Source of the DNA: Patescibacteria group bacterium
GTDB lineage: Bacteria; Patescibacteriota; Patescibacteriia; Patescibacteriales; JAQTRU01
Direction: 5' to 3'
Length of the DNA stretch: 64,000 nt
Assembly (NCBI GenBank): GCA_041645555.1
Contig: JBAZPX010000003.1
Location: forward strand, 599-64,598
Shown here: positions 1-9,251 of the stretch, piece after piece
How positions within the stretch are numbered: the first letter of the stretch is position 1
Layout of the letters: every line of letters starts with the position of its first letter
The notes under the pieces: model-generated
Databases searched by the model: none
The model's input: only the letters and a program-made list of their open reading frames with translations
What the model was told of the DNA's origin: nothing
Position numbers and translations under genes: made by a program

Positions 1-1
1 A

Positions 2-133
2 ACGTACCAAGACGGACAATGGTGTATCCCGCTTAGTTTTAATCATCGATTTAATACTTCCTTACGCGTCCAACACTATGCTGCCTATGACAACAATACC
101 GTAACGACGTATGTGACTTATACAACTGATTAA
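2..133 (+). CDS. C-terminal end of an ORF entering from upstream of the window
   Basis: Frame 2 stays open from the window edge to TAA at 131-133 (...YDNNTVTTYVTYTTD*). It is Asn/Thr/Tyr-rich like the next gene, so possibly a tandem paralog. No start is visible. Confidence 0.3.
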   Translation, partial: TYQDGQWCIPLSFNHRFNTSLRVQHYAAYDNNTVTTYVTYTTD

Positions 134-174
134 AAAATCGGAATTCTTTAAACAGCACAGTAAATTGTTAGAGA

Positions 175-1236
175 ATGGATAAACAAATTCTAAAAACCAA
201 ACTTGAACAGCAAGCCAAAAATCTGGCTTGGCGGGCAATTACCACGGTTATTTTAACTTTGACCGCGGTTATTACGGTTTGGGCTTATGCGGCGTTTGTT
301 GAGCCAACCGCTGGGCCGAATGATTCAGACCAAGACTTTGCCCAGAATATCTTAGGCAATAATGACGCTAATAATGATTTTTCTTCGTCTAACGTTGTTT
401 CGAACGCAGACGGCAGTATTATTGAAAGGACTGAATACCTTCAACAAAAATTTACTGAAATACTGCCTAGCAAAGTATTTATTCATCCTCTTGTAGAAAA
501 TTTCGCTGGTTATCTACACCAGGATACGTCGGTAGCTGCTAACAATGCCATAACATCCACCCAAATAAAAGAGCAGACATCGCGTTATCCGTGGGCACCC
601 GCGTGGACTTGTAGAAATAGTGCTACGGGCAGTCCGTCGTGTTATGTATATATTTCCAGTGCCCAACAATATGGTCTTTATGTTTATTCCGGTGGTGTGG
701 GTTCAGCCAACATAGGCGCTATTTACCCCATTACCTTTGCCAGAAATGGTTTATCTACATTTGCGCCTGATCAGGATGTTTTTGTATGGGAAGCTCTGGT
801 AAGGGCTAATCAGTATACGGATAATGGGAATACGTTTGGCATTTTTATGGGAATAGCCAATGTTGACATCGCCGCCGATTGGACAGCATCCGATTTAAGT
901 GGAAAATCAACAGCTAATCCCGCCCGTATAGGTTTCACCACAAATAACTCGGCTGATAAACATTTGGTCGGGGTAAGTTCAAACGGGAGCACAATAGCCA
1001 ACACAACTTCATTTGATGCTGTTGATCTTACTTTGTACCATCATTATAAATTCGTTTATACCGTCGGTGTGAGTGTTGAGTTCTTCTTTGATGGTGTGTC
1101 CGAGGGAACAATATCAACGAGTCTGCCAACCAGTAATGACAGGACATATATACCGATATTTCAGGCGAAATATATATCGGCTACTGTTGGAATACAAAAT
1201 GTAAGTGCTGTACGATGTTATTTTCAGTCATTATAA
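175..1236 (+). CDS. hypothetical membrane-anchored or secreted protein
   Basis: 353-aa ORF with a single N-terminal hydrophobic helix (AITTVILTLTAVITVWAYAAF), then an Asn/Ser/Thr/Gly-rich beta-looking ectodomain. No catalytic motif I can name. Confidence 0.6.
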   Translation: MDKQILKTKLEQQAKNLAWRAITTVILTLTAVITVWAYAAFVEPTAGPNDSDQDFAQNILGNNDANNDFSSSNVVSNADGSIIERTEYLQQKFTEILPSKVFIHPLVENFAGYLHQDTSVAANNAITSTQIKEQTSRYPWAPAWTCRNSATGSPSCYVYISSAQQYGLYVYSGGVGSANIGAIYPITFARNGLSTFAPDQDVFVWEALVRANQYTDNGNTFGIFMGIANVDIAADWTASDLSGKSTANPARIGFTTNNSADKHLVGVSSNGSTIANTTSFDAVDLTLYHHYKFVYTVGVSVEFFFDGVSEGTISTSLPTSNDRTYIPIFQAKYISATVGIQNVSAVRCYFQSL

Positions 1237-1332
1237 GGGACTATTATTAAACAAAGGGAATAATAAAATAAGACAAAAATGGCCTATTTTTTAAGGAAAA
1301 TGGCCGTTTTATGTTTTGGGGCTTATTCACTC

Positions 1333-1361
1333 TTGCCCTATTTCAAGTTTTCCTGTATAAT
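1333..1361 (+). promoter_or_regulatory. candidate sigma70-type promoter of uvrA
   Basis: TTGCCC (1333-1338), 17-nt spacer, TATAAT (1356-1361), about 70 nt upstream of the uvrA ATG. An 8-bp hairpin ATGAAATT/AATTTCAT lies in between. Confidence 0.4.
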
Positions 1362-1430
1362 AACGGCTGTTATCTAAACAATACTTAAAGATGAAATTAA
1401 GGAATTTCATTTTTATTTTTATTTTACAAC

Positions 1431-4322
1431 ATGGCTTCTAAAAACGGTTCTTCTTTTTCAGAAGGAAAAATTAAAATTAAGGGGGCGCGGGTTCATAACT
1501 TAAAAAACATCAGTTTGGAAATTCCCCGCAATAAATTTGTGGTGATTACCGGTCTGTCCGGCTCGGGAAAATCAAGTTTAGCTTTTGATACGATTTACGC
1601 CGAGGGCCAGCGCCGTTATGTTGAATCTTTATCCGCTTACGCCCGGCAATTTATTGGTTTAATGGATAAGCCGGACGTGGATTCAATTGAAGGTTTGTCG
1701 CCGGCAATCTCCATTGACCAGAAATCCACTTCCCATAATCCCCGTTCTACGGTCGGCACGATTACGGAAATTTATGATTATTTGCGCCTGCTTTTTGCTA
1801 GGATCGGCGTGCCCCATTGCCCGAAGTGCGGCCGAAAAGTAAAACAGCATTCTTTGGACGAAATTTTTGACCAAGTGGGAAAAACTTATTTAGGAGAGGA
1901 AATAATAATCCTCGCTCCGATTGTTAAAGACCGGAAGGGGGAACACAAGAATATCGTGGAAAGAATCGTTAAGGCCGGTTTCAGCCGCGTCAGGTTTGAC
2001 GGCGCGATTTTTCCTTTGGAAGAAATAGAAGATATGATTGTGGACAAAAAGAAAAAACATACGGTGGACATCGTGATTGACCGCCTGACGGTTAGCAAAG
2101 ACAAAGAGGACATAGCCCGGCTGTCGGAAAGTTTAGAAAAAGCCTTGGACCTAGCCAACGGATTGGTAACCATAACTTCTCAAAATACAAAAAGTAATTC
2201 CCAGTTGCCGGAGGAAACCACTTATTCCCAACTTTTTGCCTGCCCGGATTGCGGCATTAGTCTGCCGGAACTGGAGCCGAGGAATTTTTCCTTTAACTCG
2301 CCTCACGGCGCCTGCCCGGAATGCTCGGGGCTAGGGACGAAACTGGAAATTGATCCGCAGTTAATAATAAATTCCAATTTAACTATTGCTCAAGGCGCGA
2401 TCAGGCCTTGGGCCCATAATACCGCTTCGGGGCAAACCTGGATGATGAGGATTTTGGGCACGGTCGCGGAAAAGCATGATTTTGATTTAAATACGCCCAT
2501 AAAAAATTTAACCAAAGACCAGCTTAACGTTGTCCTTTATGGCTCAGGCGATAAAAATTACAACGTGGAATATTCAAGCGACCGGTTTACCGGCGAGATG
2601 ACGACTGATTTTGAGGGCGTTATCCCAAATTTGGAAAGGCGTTATAAGCAAACCGAATCAGACTATATCAGGAAAGAAATTGAACAATATATGCGGGTCT
2701 TGGTCTGCCCGGCCTGCGGGGGTAAAAGGCTAAAACCGGAAATGCTGGCGGTTAAAATTGATAACCTGTCAATTCATGAAGTTTCTACCAAGGCGATAAA
2801 CGAAGCCAAGAGTTTTTTCGAGCAGCTGGAAAAATCCAAAAATTTATCAGCCCGGGACAAAAAAATTTCGGCGCAAATCGTAAAAGAAATCTGCGCCCGG
2901 CTTGATTTTCTTTCCAATGTCGGGCTTGATTATTTATCTTTAGACCGGGGCGCGATTACTTTGTCGGGCGGCGAATCCCAGCGCATCCGGCTGGCGACCC
3001 AAATCGGTTCGGCCTTAGTCGGGGTTTTATATATTTTAGACGAGCCTTCAATCGGCCTCCATCAGCGGGATAACAATAAGCTTATAAACACCTTAAAAAA
3101 ATTGCGGGATTTAGGCAATACCGTAATTGTGGTGGAACACGATGAAATGACAATGCTCGCGGCAGACCATATTGTTGATGTCGGCCCGGGCGCGGGAGAA
3201 CATGGCGGAAAAATTATTGCCCAGGGCACGCCTAAAGAGATAAAAGCGTCTGCCTCTTCTTTAACCGGCCAGTATTTAGCCGGCAAGAAATCAATTCCAG
3301 TGCCGGCGAAATATCGGGCGGGTAACGGCAAGAATTTAACAATTTTTGGTGCAACTGAACATAATTTAAAAAATATTGATATTGCCATTCCTTTAGGAAA
3401 ATTTGTGGCCATTACCGGCGTGTCTGGTTCAGGCAAGTCAACTTTAATGGACGATATTTTGGCCCGAGCTTTAAACCAGAAATTTTACCGGGCTAAAGCT
3501 GAACCTGGCCGGCATAAAAGAATTGAGGGCTGGCAACATATTGATAAAGTGATAAATATTGACCAGTCTCCCATCGGCCGCACACCCCGCTCCAACCCAG
3601 CCACTTACACCGGCGCGTTTACCCCAATTAGAGATTTATTCGCCTCTCTGCCCGAAGCCAAAATCAGAGGGTACAAAGCCGGACGTTTTTCTTTTAACGT
3701 GGTCGGCGGAAGATGCGAGGCCTGCGGCGGGGACGGGTTGGTAAAAATTGAAATGCAGTTTTTGTCTGACGTTTATGTGGAGTGCGAAGTCTGCCACGGC
3801 CAAAGATATAATAAAGAAGCTTTGGAAATTTACTATAAGGACAAAAATATTTCCGATGTTTTAAATATGACTGTGGAAGAAGCGATAAATTTTTTTAAGA
3901 ATATACCGGCGATTTATCAGAAACTGGCGACTTTAAATGAAGTGGGGTTAAGCTATATAAAATTAGGCCAGAGCGCCACGACTTTATCAGGCGGGGAAGC
4001 GCAAAGGGTAAAACTGGCAACGGAACTGTCCCGCCGGGCGACCGGGAAAACTTTATATATCCTGGATGAGCCGACTACGGGTTTGCATTTTGATGATATA
4101 AAAAGGCTGCTTGAGGTTTTAGGCCAATTAGCTGATAAAGGCAATACGGTTCTAGTTATTGAACATAATTTAGACGTGATAAAATCCGTGGACTGGGTTA
4201 TTGATTTAGGTCCGGAAGGCGGAGAAGCGGGCGGAGAAATCGTAGCCGCGGGCACGCCCCGGGAAGTGGCGAAAGTCAAAAAGAGTTATACGGGTCAGTA
4301 TTTGGCGAAAATAATAAAATAA
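1431..4322 (+). CDS. uvrA: excinuclease ABC subunit A (UvrA)
   Basis: 963-aa ORF with two ABC ATPase modules (Walker [10 protein letters not shown] and GVSGSGKST; LSGGE signatures) and Cys-cluster zinc fingers ([30 protein letters not shown]). Canonical UvrA layout. Confidence 0.97.
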   Translation: MASKNGSSFSEGKIKIKGARVHNLKNISLEIPRNKFVVITGLSGSGKSSLAFDTIYAEGQRRYVESLSAYARQFIGLMDKPDVDSIEGLSPAISIDQKSTSHNPRSTVGTITEIYDYLRLLFARIGVPHCPKCGRKVKQHSLDEIFDQVGKTYLGEEIIILAPIVKDRKGEHKNIVERIVKAGFSRVRFDGAIFPLEEIEDMIVDKKKKHTVDIVIDRLTVSKDKEDIARLSESLEKALDLANGLVTITSQNTKSNSQLPEETTYSQLFACPDCGISLPELEPRNFSFNSPHGACPECSGLGTKLEIDPQLIINSNLTIAQGAIRPWAHNTASGQTWMMRILGTVAEKHDFDLNTPIKNLTKDQLNVVLYGSGDKNYNVEYSSDRFTGEMTTDFEGVIPNLERRYKQTESDYIRKEIEQYMRVLVCPACGGKRLKPEMLAVKIDNLSIHEVSTKAINEAKSFFEQLEKSKNLSARDKKISAQIVKEICARLDFLSNVGLDYLSLDRGAITLSGGESQRIRLATQIGSALVGVLYILDEPSIGLHQRDNNKLINTLKKLRDLGNTVIVVEHDEMTMLAADHIVDVGPGAGEHGGKIIAQGTPKEIKASASSLTGQYLAGKKSIPVPAKYRAGNGKNLTIFGATEHNLKNIDIAIPLGKFVAITGVSGSGKSTLMDDILARALNQKFYRAKAEPGRHKRIEGWQHIDKVINIDQSPIGRTPRSNPATYTGAFTPIRDLFASLPEAKIRGYKAGRFSFNVVGGRCEACGGDGLVKIEMQFLSDVYVECEVCHGQRYNKEALEIYYKDKNISDVLNMTVEEAINFFKNIPAIYQKLATLNEVGLSYIKLGQSATTLSGGEAQRVKLATELSRRATGKTLYILDEPTTGLHFDDIKRLLEVLGQLADKGNTVLVIEHNLDVIKSVDWVIDLGPEGGEAGGEIVAAGTPREVAKVKKSYTGQYLAKIIK

Positions 4323-4332
4323 AAAGATGTTT

Positions 4333-4364
4333 GCCCCCTTTCGAAAAGGGGGTTGGGGGATTAA
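4333..4364. repeat. left terminal inverted repeat of the DUF559 cassette; also a self-complementary hairpin that could terminate uvrA
   Basis: GCCCCCTTTCGAAAAGGGGGTTGGGGGATTAA. The reverse complement of 4787-4819 is ACCCCCTTTCGAAAAGGGGGCAAGGGGGATTAA. Confidence 0.7.
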
Positions 4365-4379
4365 TAAGCGCCAAGCGCT

Positions 4380-4778
4380 ATGTTTATAAAGTCAAACAAA
4401 TTTTTACCATATAATAAGGAGTTAAATAAAAAAGCAAAGCATTTAAGAAATGAAATGACGGCCGCTGAAAAGAAATTATGGTATGAATATTTGAGAGACC
4501 ATCAATTTCAGTTTCTAAGGCAGAGGCCGATTGATAAGTATATAGTTGATTTTTATTGTCCTAAACTAAGGTTAGTTATAGAAATTGACGGGGAAACTCA
4601 TCTCTCTAAAGAAGATAGAGAATATGATAAAAAAAGAACAAGGGCATTAGAAAGTTATGGGTTAAAAGTTTTGCGTTTTTGGAATGATGATGTTTTAACT
4701 GGAATTGAGATAGTTAGTGAAATAATAGAAAATGAAATAAAGAAATTAAAATTCATTTTGTCTTCTTCTGCAAATTAA
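4380..4778 (+). CDS. DUF559 / Vsr-like endonuclease-fold protein
   Basis: 132-aa ORF. The stretch DFYCPKLRLVIEIDGETH ... RFWNDDV matches the DUF559 family pattern as I remember it. Confidence 0.8.
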   Translation: MFIKSNKFLPYNKELNKKAKHLRNEMTAAEKKLWYEYLRDHQFQFLRQRPIDKYIVDFYCPKLRLVIEIDGETHLSKEDREYDKKRTRALESYGLKVLRFWNDDVLTGIEIVSEIIENEIKKLKFILSSSAN

Positions 4779-4786
4779 ATAATAAT

Positions 4787-4819
4787 TTAATCCCCCTTGC
4801 CCCCTTTTCGAAAGGGGGT
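4787..4819. repeat. right terminal inverted repeat of the DUF559 cassette, followed by a T-run
   Basis: TTAATCCCCCTTGCCCCCTTTTCGAAAGGGGGT. It mirrors 4333-4364 apart from a TT versus CAA difference. Confidence 0.7.
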
Positions 4820-4825
4820 ATTTTT

Positions 4826-4870
4826 AAATAAAAAAACAGGGACAGCGAATTGGTGAGATTCACTGTCCCT
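4826..4870 (-). terminator. intrinsic terminator at the 3' end of the GC-rich minus-strand unit
   Basis: On the minus strand, GGGACAG (4869-4863) and CTGTCCC (4845-4839) form a perfect 7-bp stem with a 17-nt loop, followed by TGTTTTTTTATTT. Confidence 0.7.
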
Positions 4871-5881
4871 TTACTGCAAGCGGAGTTTCCTCCCGATAAA
4901 ATGAGCTAGACCCATTATTCCCCAGTGCATGCTCCCGGTTGGATTATCCGTAGGATTGGAGCCGCGGGAGGTTGGATGGGGCGGCGGGGAGTATCGCGAA
5001 AGTTGCGTTCGCCGGAATTTCTCGGCGGCGATTCCCCGGAATGGTTCTAGTCGTGAGGTAAACTTCGCTGTCCTTTAAGGTGGACAAGTCCCTGTCTTTT
5101 CTGGTTGACAATTCCCCCGCGCTTTGGGCTTTGGTTTTTGTTCGTCGAGTCAGGAGGTCTACGACGCTCCTTCGGACGCTGTTGAGCCGCTTGCGCAGAT
5201 TGTTTTCACGCCTTTTGGGCGTTCGTTGATTTTTTTCTTATTGATTTTTCAAAGATCCAGCTCCTACAACGGATCGAGCCGTTGCGGTTGGCTGACGACT
5301 TCAGCAGGCTTTGTGGCCATGCTTCCCTCGTTTTTGGTGTGGGTGGTGGAGCGGAGGTTTTTCACCGCCGCGACGAATGATTTCCTGTTCTTAGAGGCGG
5401 ATCTCGCCGCTCCAGTAGCAGGCGATTATGACGAATCTGCGTACCACGCGATTGTCTCCTCGCTTTGGTTTTCCACCCCTATTCCCGTTGGCATCGTGCC
5501 CTCGCGGTTTTGGGGTGAAGTTGTTCTTCGATCTTTCCGGGCCGCTACCGTGATATCTCCCGGGGTTTTACCGGAGTTGCGTGGGAGCGGTCGCCGGCGA
5601 GATCAGATGACGGCGGTGTGACCGAGCGCCGTGGTGGCGGAGCTGACCGCGATCTTGTCCTTTTTCGGGCCGTTGGCCCTGGAGAGGGAATCGGTGTCGG
5701 GTTTGGGCGCTGCCCTGATCATGGAATGCCTCCGGCGTTGGGGGGATGGTTCAGACCCCGGTCTCCGATAATCAGAGACCGCTCTGCGGCTCTATTCTGT
5801 TACACCGCAATATTTTTTACTATTATTTTTCAACCAATATTTTTATTTTATACTTTTATATTTATTTGTCAAATAACACGA
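4839..5881 (-). ncRNA. candidate ~1-kb GC-rich structured non-coding RNA (or multi-micro-ORF transcript) of unknown family
   Basis: A GC-rich block bracketed on the minus strand by a consensus promoter and an intrinsic terminator. The track shows no minus-strand ORF of 60 aa or more. The plus-strand ORFs look spurious. No known RNA family motif recognised. Confidence 0.35.
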
Positions 5882-5887
5882 TTTAAC

Positions 5888-5916
5888 AATATATCATATC
5901 TTTTAAATATTGTCAA
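5888..5916 (-). promoter_or_regulatory. consensus sigma70-type promoter driving the GC-rich unit
   Basis: On the minus strand: TTGACA (5916-5911), 17-nt spacer ATATTTAAAAGATATGA, TATATT (5893-5888). Confidence 0.6.
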
Positions 5917-5966
5917 CGGTTAAAGAGTGAAATGGTTAATATTCGTTTAAAATTAGCTAAAAATTG

Positions 5967-6539
5967 TTATTTAATATCCTTCTCGTTAAATACTTGAGCA
6001 GTAAAAGTTTTTAGTTTAACATTAGGGTCGTTTTTATAGCAATCCGCGGGCAGTCCAGCTTTTTGGGAGCATAACTGGCCCAAGAATTCTTCTAAATCCC
6101 AGCCGGTTTCGGTCGCTACTTGGGGCAAGAATACGCCTCCACACCCTCCTTTTTCTACAATTACTCCGTGCTCGCTAAGTTTAATATTCTGCCAATTATC
6201 AATTTCTTTTGGCACAGACAAAACGCTTATTTCATAATCTAATTTATTTAATTCATTTTCTGCCACCGGGCTGAATCTATAATCCTCGCTGCAAGCCGCT
6301 ATAGCCATATCGCGCGCTACTTCCCAAAGAGGCTGGTCGGAAGGAATAATCTGGCCAATGCAGCCGCGTAGCTCTCCGGCTTTATGCAAAGTAACAAAAG
6401 CGCCCTCTTTCTTTTTCAGTCTCTCGTCTTTAATGTTAAATTCCGGAGTTTTACCTTCTCGCACATAACTTTCTACGGTTTGTCTGACAATATCCAATAA
6501 TTCTTTTTTTTGATTTTTATTTAATAGTTCCGAGCTCAT
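5967..6539 (-). CDS. AMMECR1 domain protein
   Basis: 190-aa ORF. GAFVTLHKAGELRGCIGQI is the characteristic AMMECR1 motif. Confidence 0.85.
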   Translation of the reverse strand: MSSELLNKNQKKELLDIVRQTVESYVREGKTPEFNIKDERLKKKEGAFVTLHKAGELRGCIGQIIPSDQPLWEVARDMAIAACSEDYRFSPVAENELNKLDYEISVLSVPKEIDNWQNIKLSEHGVIVEKGGCGGVFLPQVATETGWDLEEFLGQLCSQKAGLPADCYKNDPNVKLKTFTAQVFNEKDIK

Positions 6540-7345
6540 ATTTTTTTCAGAACATTTAAAATACTTTTATGAACCTGGCCGTTGCTGGCGGCTATGTCCC
6601 TGTTATCTAAGCTCCACCTTCGGCCGGAGAAATCCGTTACCTTTCCGCCGGCTTCTCTAACCAGTAATGCGCCGGCGGCTACGTCCCAGGGATTAGTTTC
6701 GGGAATGACTATTGTTTCCACCCGGCCGCAAGCGACATAAGCTAATTCTAAGGCGGCGCTGCCCAGTTGCCGGCAATCAAGGCCGTTTAGTTTTTGTTTG
6801 GTATAATATTTGATAGCTTTTTTTATAGCTTTGGTTGTGTGGCCGTGGCAGAAAGTATTTATAATTTTTCCTTTAGAAATTTTTGAGACTTTAATTTTTT
6901 TGTTATTTAAATAGGCGCCCTTATTTTTTTCCGCCCAGTATAATTCATTTAAAACCGGAATGAAAATTATGCCCAAGATAATTTCTTTATTGTAAGCCAA
7001 GGCAATGGAAATCGACCAAAGAGGATTACGCATGGAAAAATTAGTGGTGCCGTCTAGAGGGTCAATAATCCAGAGATAATCGGATTTATTTTTTGTCCAA
7101 CCGGCTTCTTCCGACAGTATCTGATGGGAGGGAAAACTTTTTTTTATGGCTTTAATTATAATTTTTTCCGCGTCTAGATCGGCTTTAGTTAAAATTTCAT
7201 GGCTAGATTTCAATTCTATTTTACTTCTGTCAAAATTGGCATATTCGCGCAGGAGAACCCTGCCTGCTTTTCGGGCGGCTTCTATGGCAATATTTTTTGT
7301 TTGGTCGTTCACCCCGTTAGAAATTTTGTTATTTTTTTCGCTCAT
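6536..7345 (-). CDS. inositol monophosphatase family protein (SuhB-like)
   Basis: 269-aa ORF with the WIIDPLDGTTNF metal-binding motif and a WDVAAG motif. Its first ~13 codons (MSEKNNKISNGVN) are encoded by the repeat element at 7307-7345. Confidence 0.9.
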   Translation of the reverse strand: MSEKNNKISNGVNDQTKNIAIEAARKAGRVLLREYANFDRSKIELKSSHEILTKADLDAEKIIIKAIKKSFPSHQILSEEAGWTKNKSDYLWIIDPLDGTTNFSMRNPLWSISIALAYNKEIILGIIFIPVLNELYWAEKNKGAYLNNKKIKVSKISKGKIINTFCHGHTTKAIKKAIKYYTKQKLNGLDCRQLGSAALELAYVACGRVETIVIPETNPWDVAAGALLVREAGGKVTDFSGRRWSLDNRDIAASNGQVHKSILNVLKKI

Positions 7346-7620
7346 AATAATATTTCAACCTGTTTTTTAAATATTTTTTCCCCATTCCGCTCTTTAGATA
7401 TTTCTCTCTGGCGAAAGCATCATATTTATTGCATGAAACTTCATAATATATTAAAATCAATGGTTTTCTCGATTTAGTGGCATAAACTTTGCCATCGTTA
7501 TGGTCTTTCAGCCTTTTGATTAGATTATTCGTGCAACCAGTATACCAAAGCTTATCTTTTAAACTTTCTATGACATAGACATACCAAATATTTTTATCCG
7601 AATTTCTAACGGGGTTCATA
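7307..7620 (-). mobile_element. GIY-YIG minielement bounded by inverted repeats of the ACCCCGTTAGAAAT family
   Basis: GTTCACCCCGTTAGAAAT (7307-7324) and ATTTCTAACGGGGTTCATA (7602-7620) bracket the GIY-YIG ORF. The right repeat contains the ORF start (ATGAACCCCGTTAGAAAT). The left end carries the start of the downstream suhB-like gene. Confidence 0.6.
7329..7619 (-). CDS. GIY-YIG nuclease family protein (UPF0213-like)
   Basis: 96-aa ORF. WYVYVIES...WYTGCTNNLIKRLKDHN fits the GIY-YIG motif. Confidence 0.85.
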   Translation of the reverse strand: MNPVRNSDKNIWYVYVIESLKDKLWYTGCTNNLIKRLKDHNDGKVYATKSRKPLILIYYEVSCNKYDAFAREKYLKSGMGKKYLKNRLKYYYERKK

Positions 7621-8107
7621 TTAACTCCAATAATTTTAATTCCAATTTATTGTTTCTCGTATTCCAGGTAGCAAAAGTGGCTTTTCCCCACATTCCTCCT
7701 AATTCTCCGGGATTGACCAATTTAACTTCATCAATTTCTTCCAAAGCGGGTTTGTGGCTGTGGCCGTAAAAAACTATATCGCAATGGCCGGAATGTAAGA
7801 CTTTATCAATAAAATGGGCTTCGTGGCAAAGGCCGACAATTTGGCCATCCAATTTGAATCGGCCGGTTTTACCGAAATAGTTTATGTTTTTAAATTTTTT
7901 TAATTCTTTTTCCCCGTATAACTCAATATTACCTTTTACCAGATAAATGGAATTTTTAAATTTTTTTCCCAGAGTATGGAGAGTTTCGCTATTAGTAAGG
8001 TCGCCCGCGCAGATAATTTTTTTAATTTTATTTTTTTTACTCCAATCCAGGAATTTATTTAAATTAACTAAATTATCGTGGATATCGGCGATGATGGCAA
8101 TAAGCAT
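7616..8107 (-). CDS. metallophosphoesterase (YfcE / MJ0936 family)
   Basis: 163-aa ORF with the motifs IADIHDN, GDL, GNIE and GHSH in the canonical order. Confidence 0.85.
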   Translation of the reverse strand: MLIAIIADIHDNLVNLNKFLDWSKKNKIKKIICAGDLTNSETLHTLGKKFKNSIYLVKGNIELYGEKELKKFKNINYFGKTGRFKLDGQIVGLCHEAHFIDKVLHSGHCDIVFYGHSHKPALEEIDEVKLVNPGELGGMWGKATFATWNTRNNKLELKLLELI

Positions 8108-8111
8108 AAAT

Positions 8112-9251
8112 TTAATTGGCGAAAAAATAATAAACCTCGTAAATTAAACCGAAGATAAATAAAGAAGAAAGCAGGATTATGGTTAGCTTGTTTATTTTAT
8201 TTTTTATTATAGACGGTTGTTCTCTTTTCTTTTTAACTTTTAAGAGGAGCCAGATATATAAAAGGCCGATTAAGCCGCCGGTAAAAGCGCCGGCCAGGCT
8301 TACTATTTTCGTTAAGTCGCGCAGCCCCAATAAATAAAGGAGGAGCGGGATAAAACAGGCCAGGGCCCAGGCGATATTTTTATTAATTTTAAAATCCCAC
8401 CAAAAAGTTTCCCGGACAGACTGGGCCACAACCAAAAAAGAAGTGATAATTGCCAGTAGCCCCAAGATTAAGGCGAAGACAATAATGCCGTCGGATAAAA
8501 CCGAGCGCAGGCCGACTAAAGTGTCGGGAGAAGTATTATTCCCGGTAATCCCGACAATAACGAAAGTAAAGACCAGCATCATCGCCACCGGGATGAAAGT
8601 TCCCCAAAAAATCGCGCTTTTGATATTTTCTCTTTTTTGCGCCAGGAGTTTGCAGACTGAAGGGATAGCCGCGCTGCCGCCGACAGCGAAGAAAATCGGG
8701 CCGTAAGGCAGGAAAACATCAGGCCAGGAAACAAGCTTAAAGTTATCAAAGTTAATATAGCCCCAGCCATGCCAGGAAAGCAGGCCGACTATTAAGATTA
8801 ACAAGCCGGTCATGGCTAATTCCATAGAAGCAATTAATTTTATGCCGGAAAGGACGATAAAGGCCTGTAAAAAGAAGAGAATCAAAGAGTAAATAAAAAT
8901 GTTTCCGCCGAAAACCGGATTTAATAATTCATGGAGAAAAATCCCGCCAACAATAATATAAGCGAGCAGGGCGCCATAGTCGCCGACCAGGCCGATGATA
9001 AGAGAAATGACTTTCCCCTTTTTACTAATATACTTTTCCGCATAACCGGGCAGCCGGTGTTTTTCCTCGGTCGATAAAATTATTTCCGCATAAATTTTAT
9101 GGAGAAAATACTGGACGGCGCCCAAAAGGGGGAGATAAACAAAAAGTAAAATAATGCCGGCCTTGTTAATGACAAAAGGAATAGAAAACATACCGACGCC
9201 GATAATGGTGCCGGCCAAAGTGGCGACAGCGTGAAAATAGTTTTTACTCAT
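8112..9251 (-). CDS. amino acid permease-like polytopic membrane transporter
   Basis: 379-aa ORF with roughly 11 hydrophobic segments. The N-terminus resembles aromatic/hydroxy amino acid permease family members. Confidence 0.65.
   Translation of the reverse strand: MSKNYFHAVATLAGTIIGVGMFSIPFVINKAGIILLFVYLPLLGAVQYFLHKIYAEIILSTEEKHRLPGYAEKYISKKGKVISLIIGLVGDYGALLAYIIVGGIFLHELLNPVFGGNIFIYSLILFFLQAFIVLSGIKLIASMELAMTGLLILIVGLLSWHGWGYINFDNFKLVSWPDVFLPYGPIFFAVGGSAAIPSVCKLLAQKRENIKSAIFWGTFIPVAMMLVFTFVIVGITGNNTSPDTLVGLRSVLSDGIIVFALILGLLAIITSFLVVAQSVRETFWWDFKINKNIAWALACFIPLLLYLLGLRDLTKIVSLAGAFTGGLIGLLYIWLLLKVKKKREQPSIIKNKINKLTIILLSSLFIFGLIYEVYYFFAN

Noticed and set aside
4839-5881. ORF-less group II intron, or rRNA fragment, as the identity of the GC-rich block
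   Set aside because: I found no GTGCG 5' end, no domain V-like GAGCCGTAT...ACGGTTC hairpin, no reverse transcriptase gene nearby, and no recognisable rRNA sequence blocks.
5124-5923. Two plus-strand ORFs (165 aa and 101 aa) in the GC-rich block
   Set aside because: They have no convincing ribosome-binding site. Their composition is not protein-like (runs of F/S/R/G with no recognisable motif). They run against the consensus promoter and terminator on the other strand. Long spurious ORFs are expected in GC-rich DNA.
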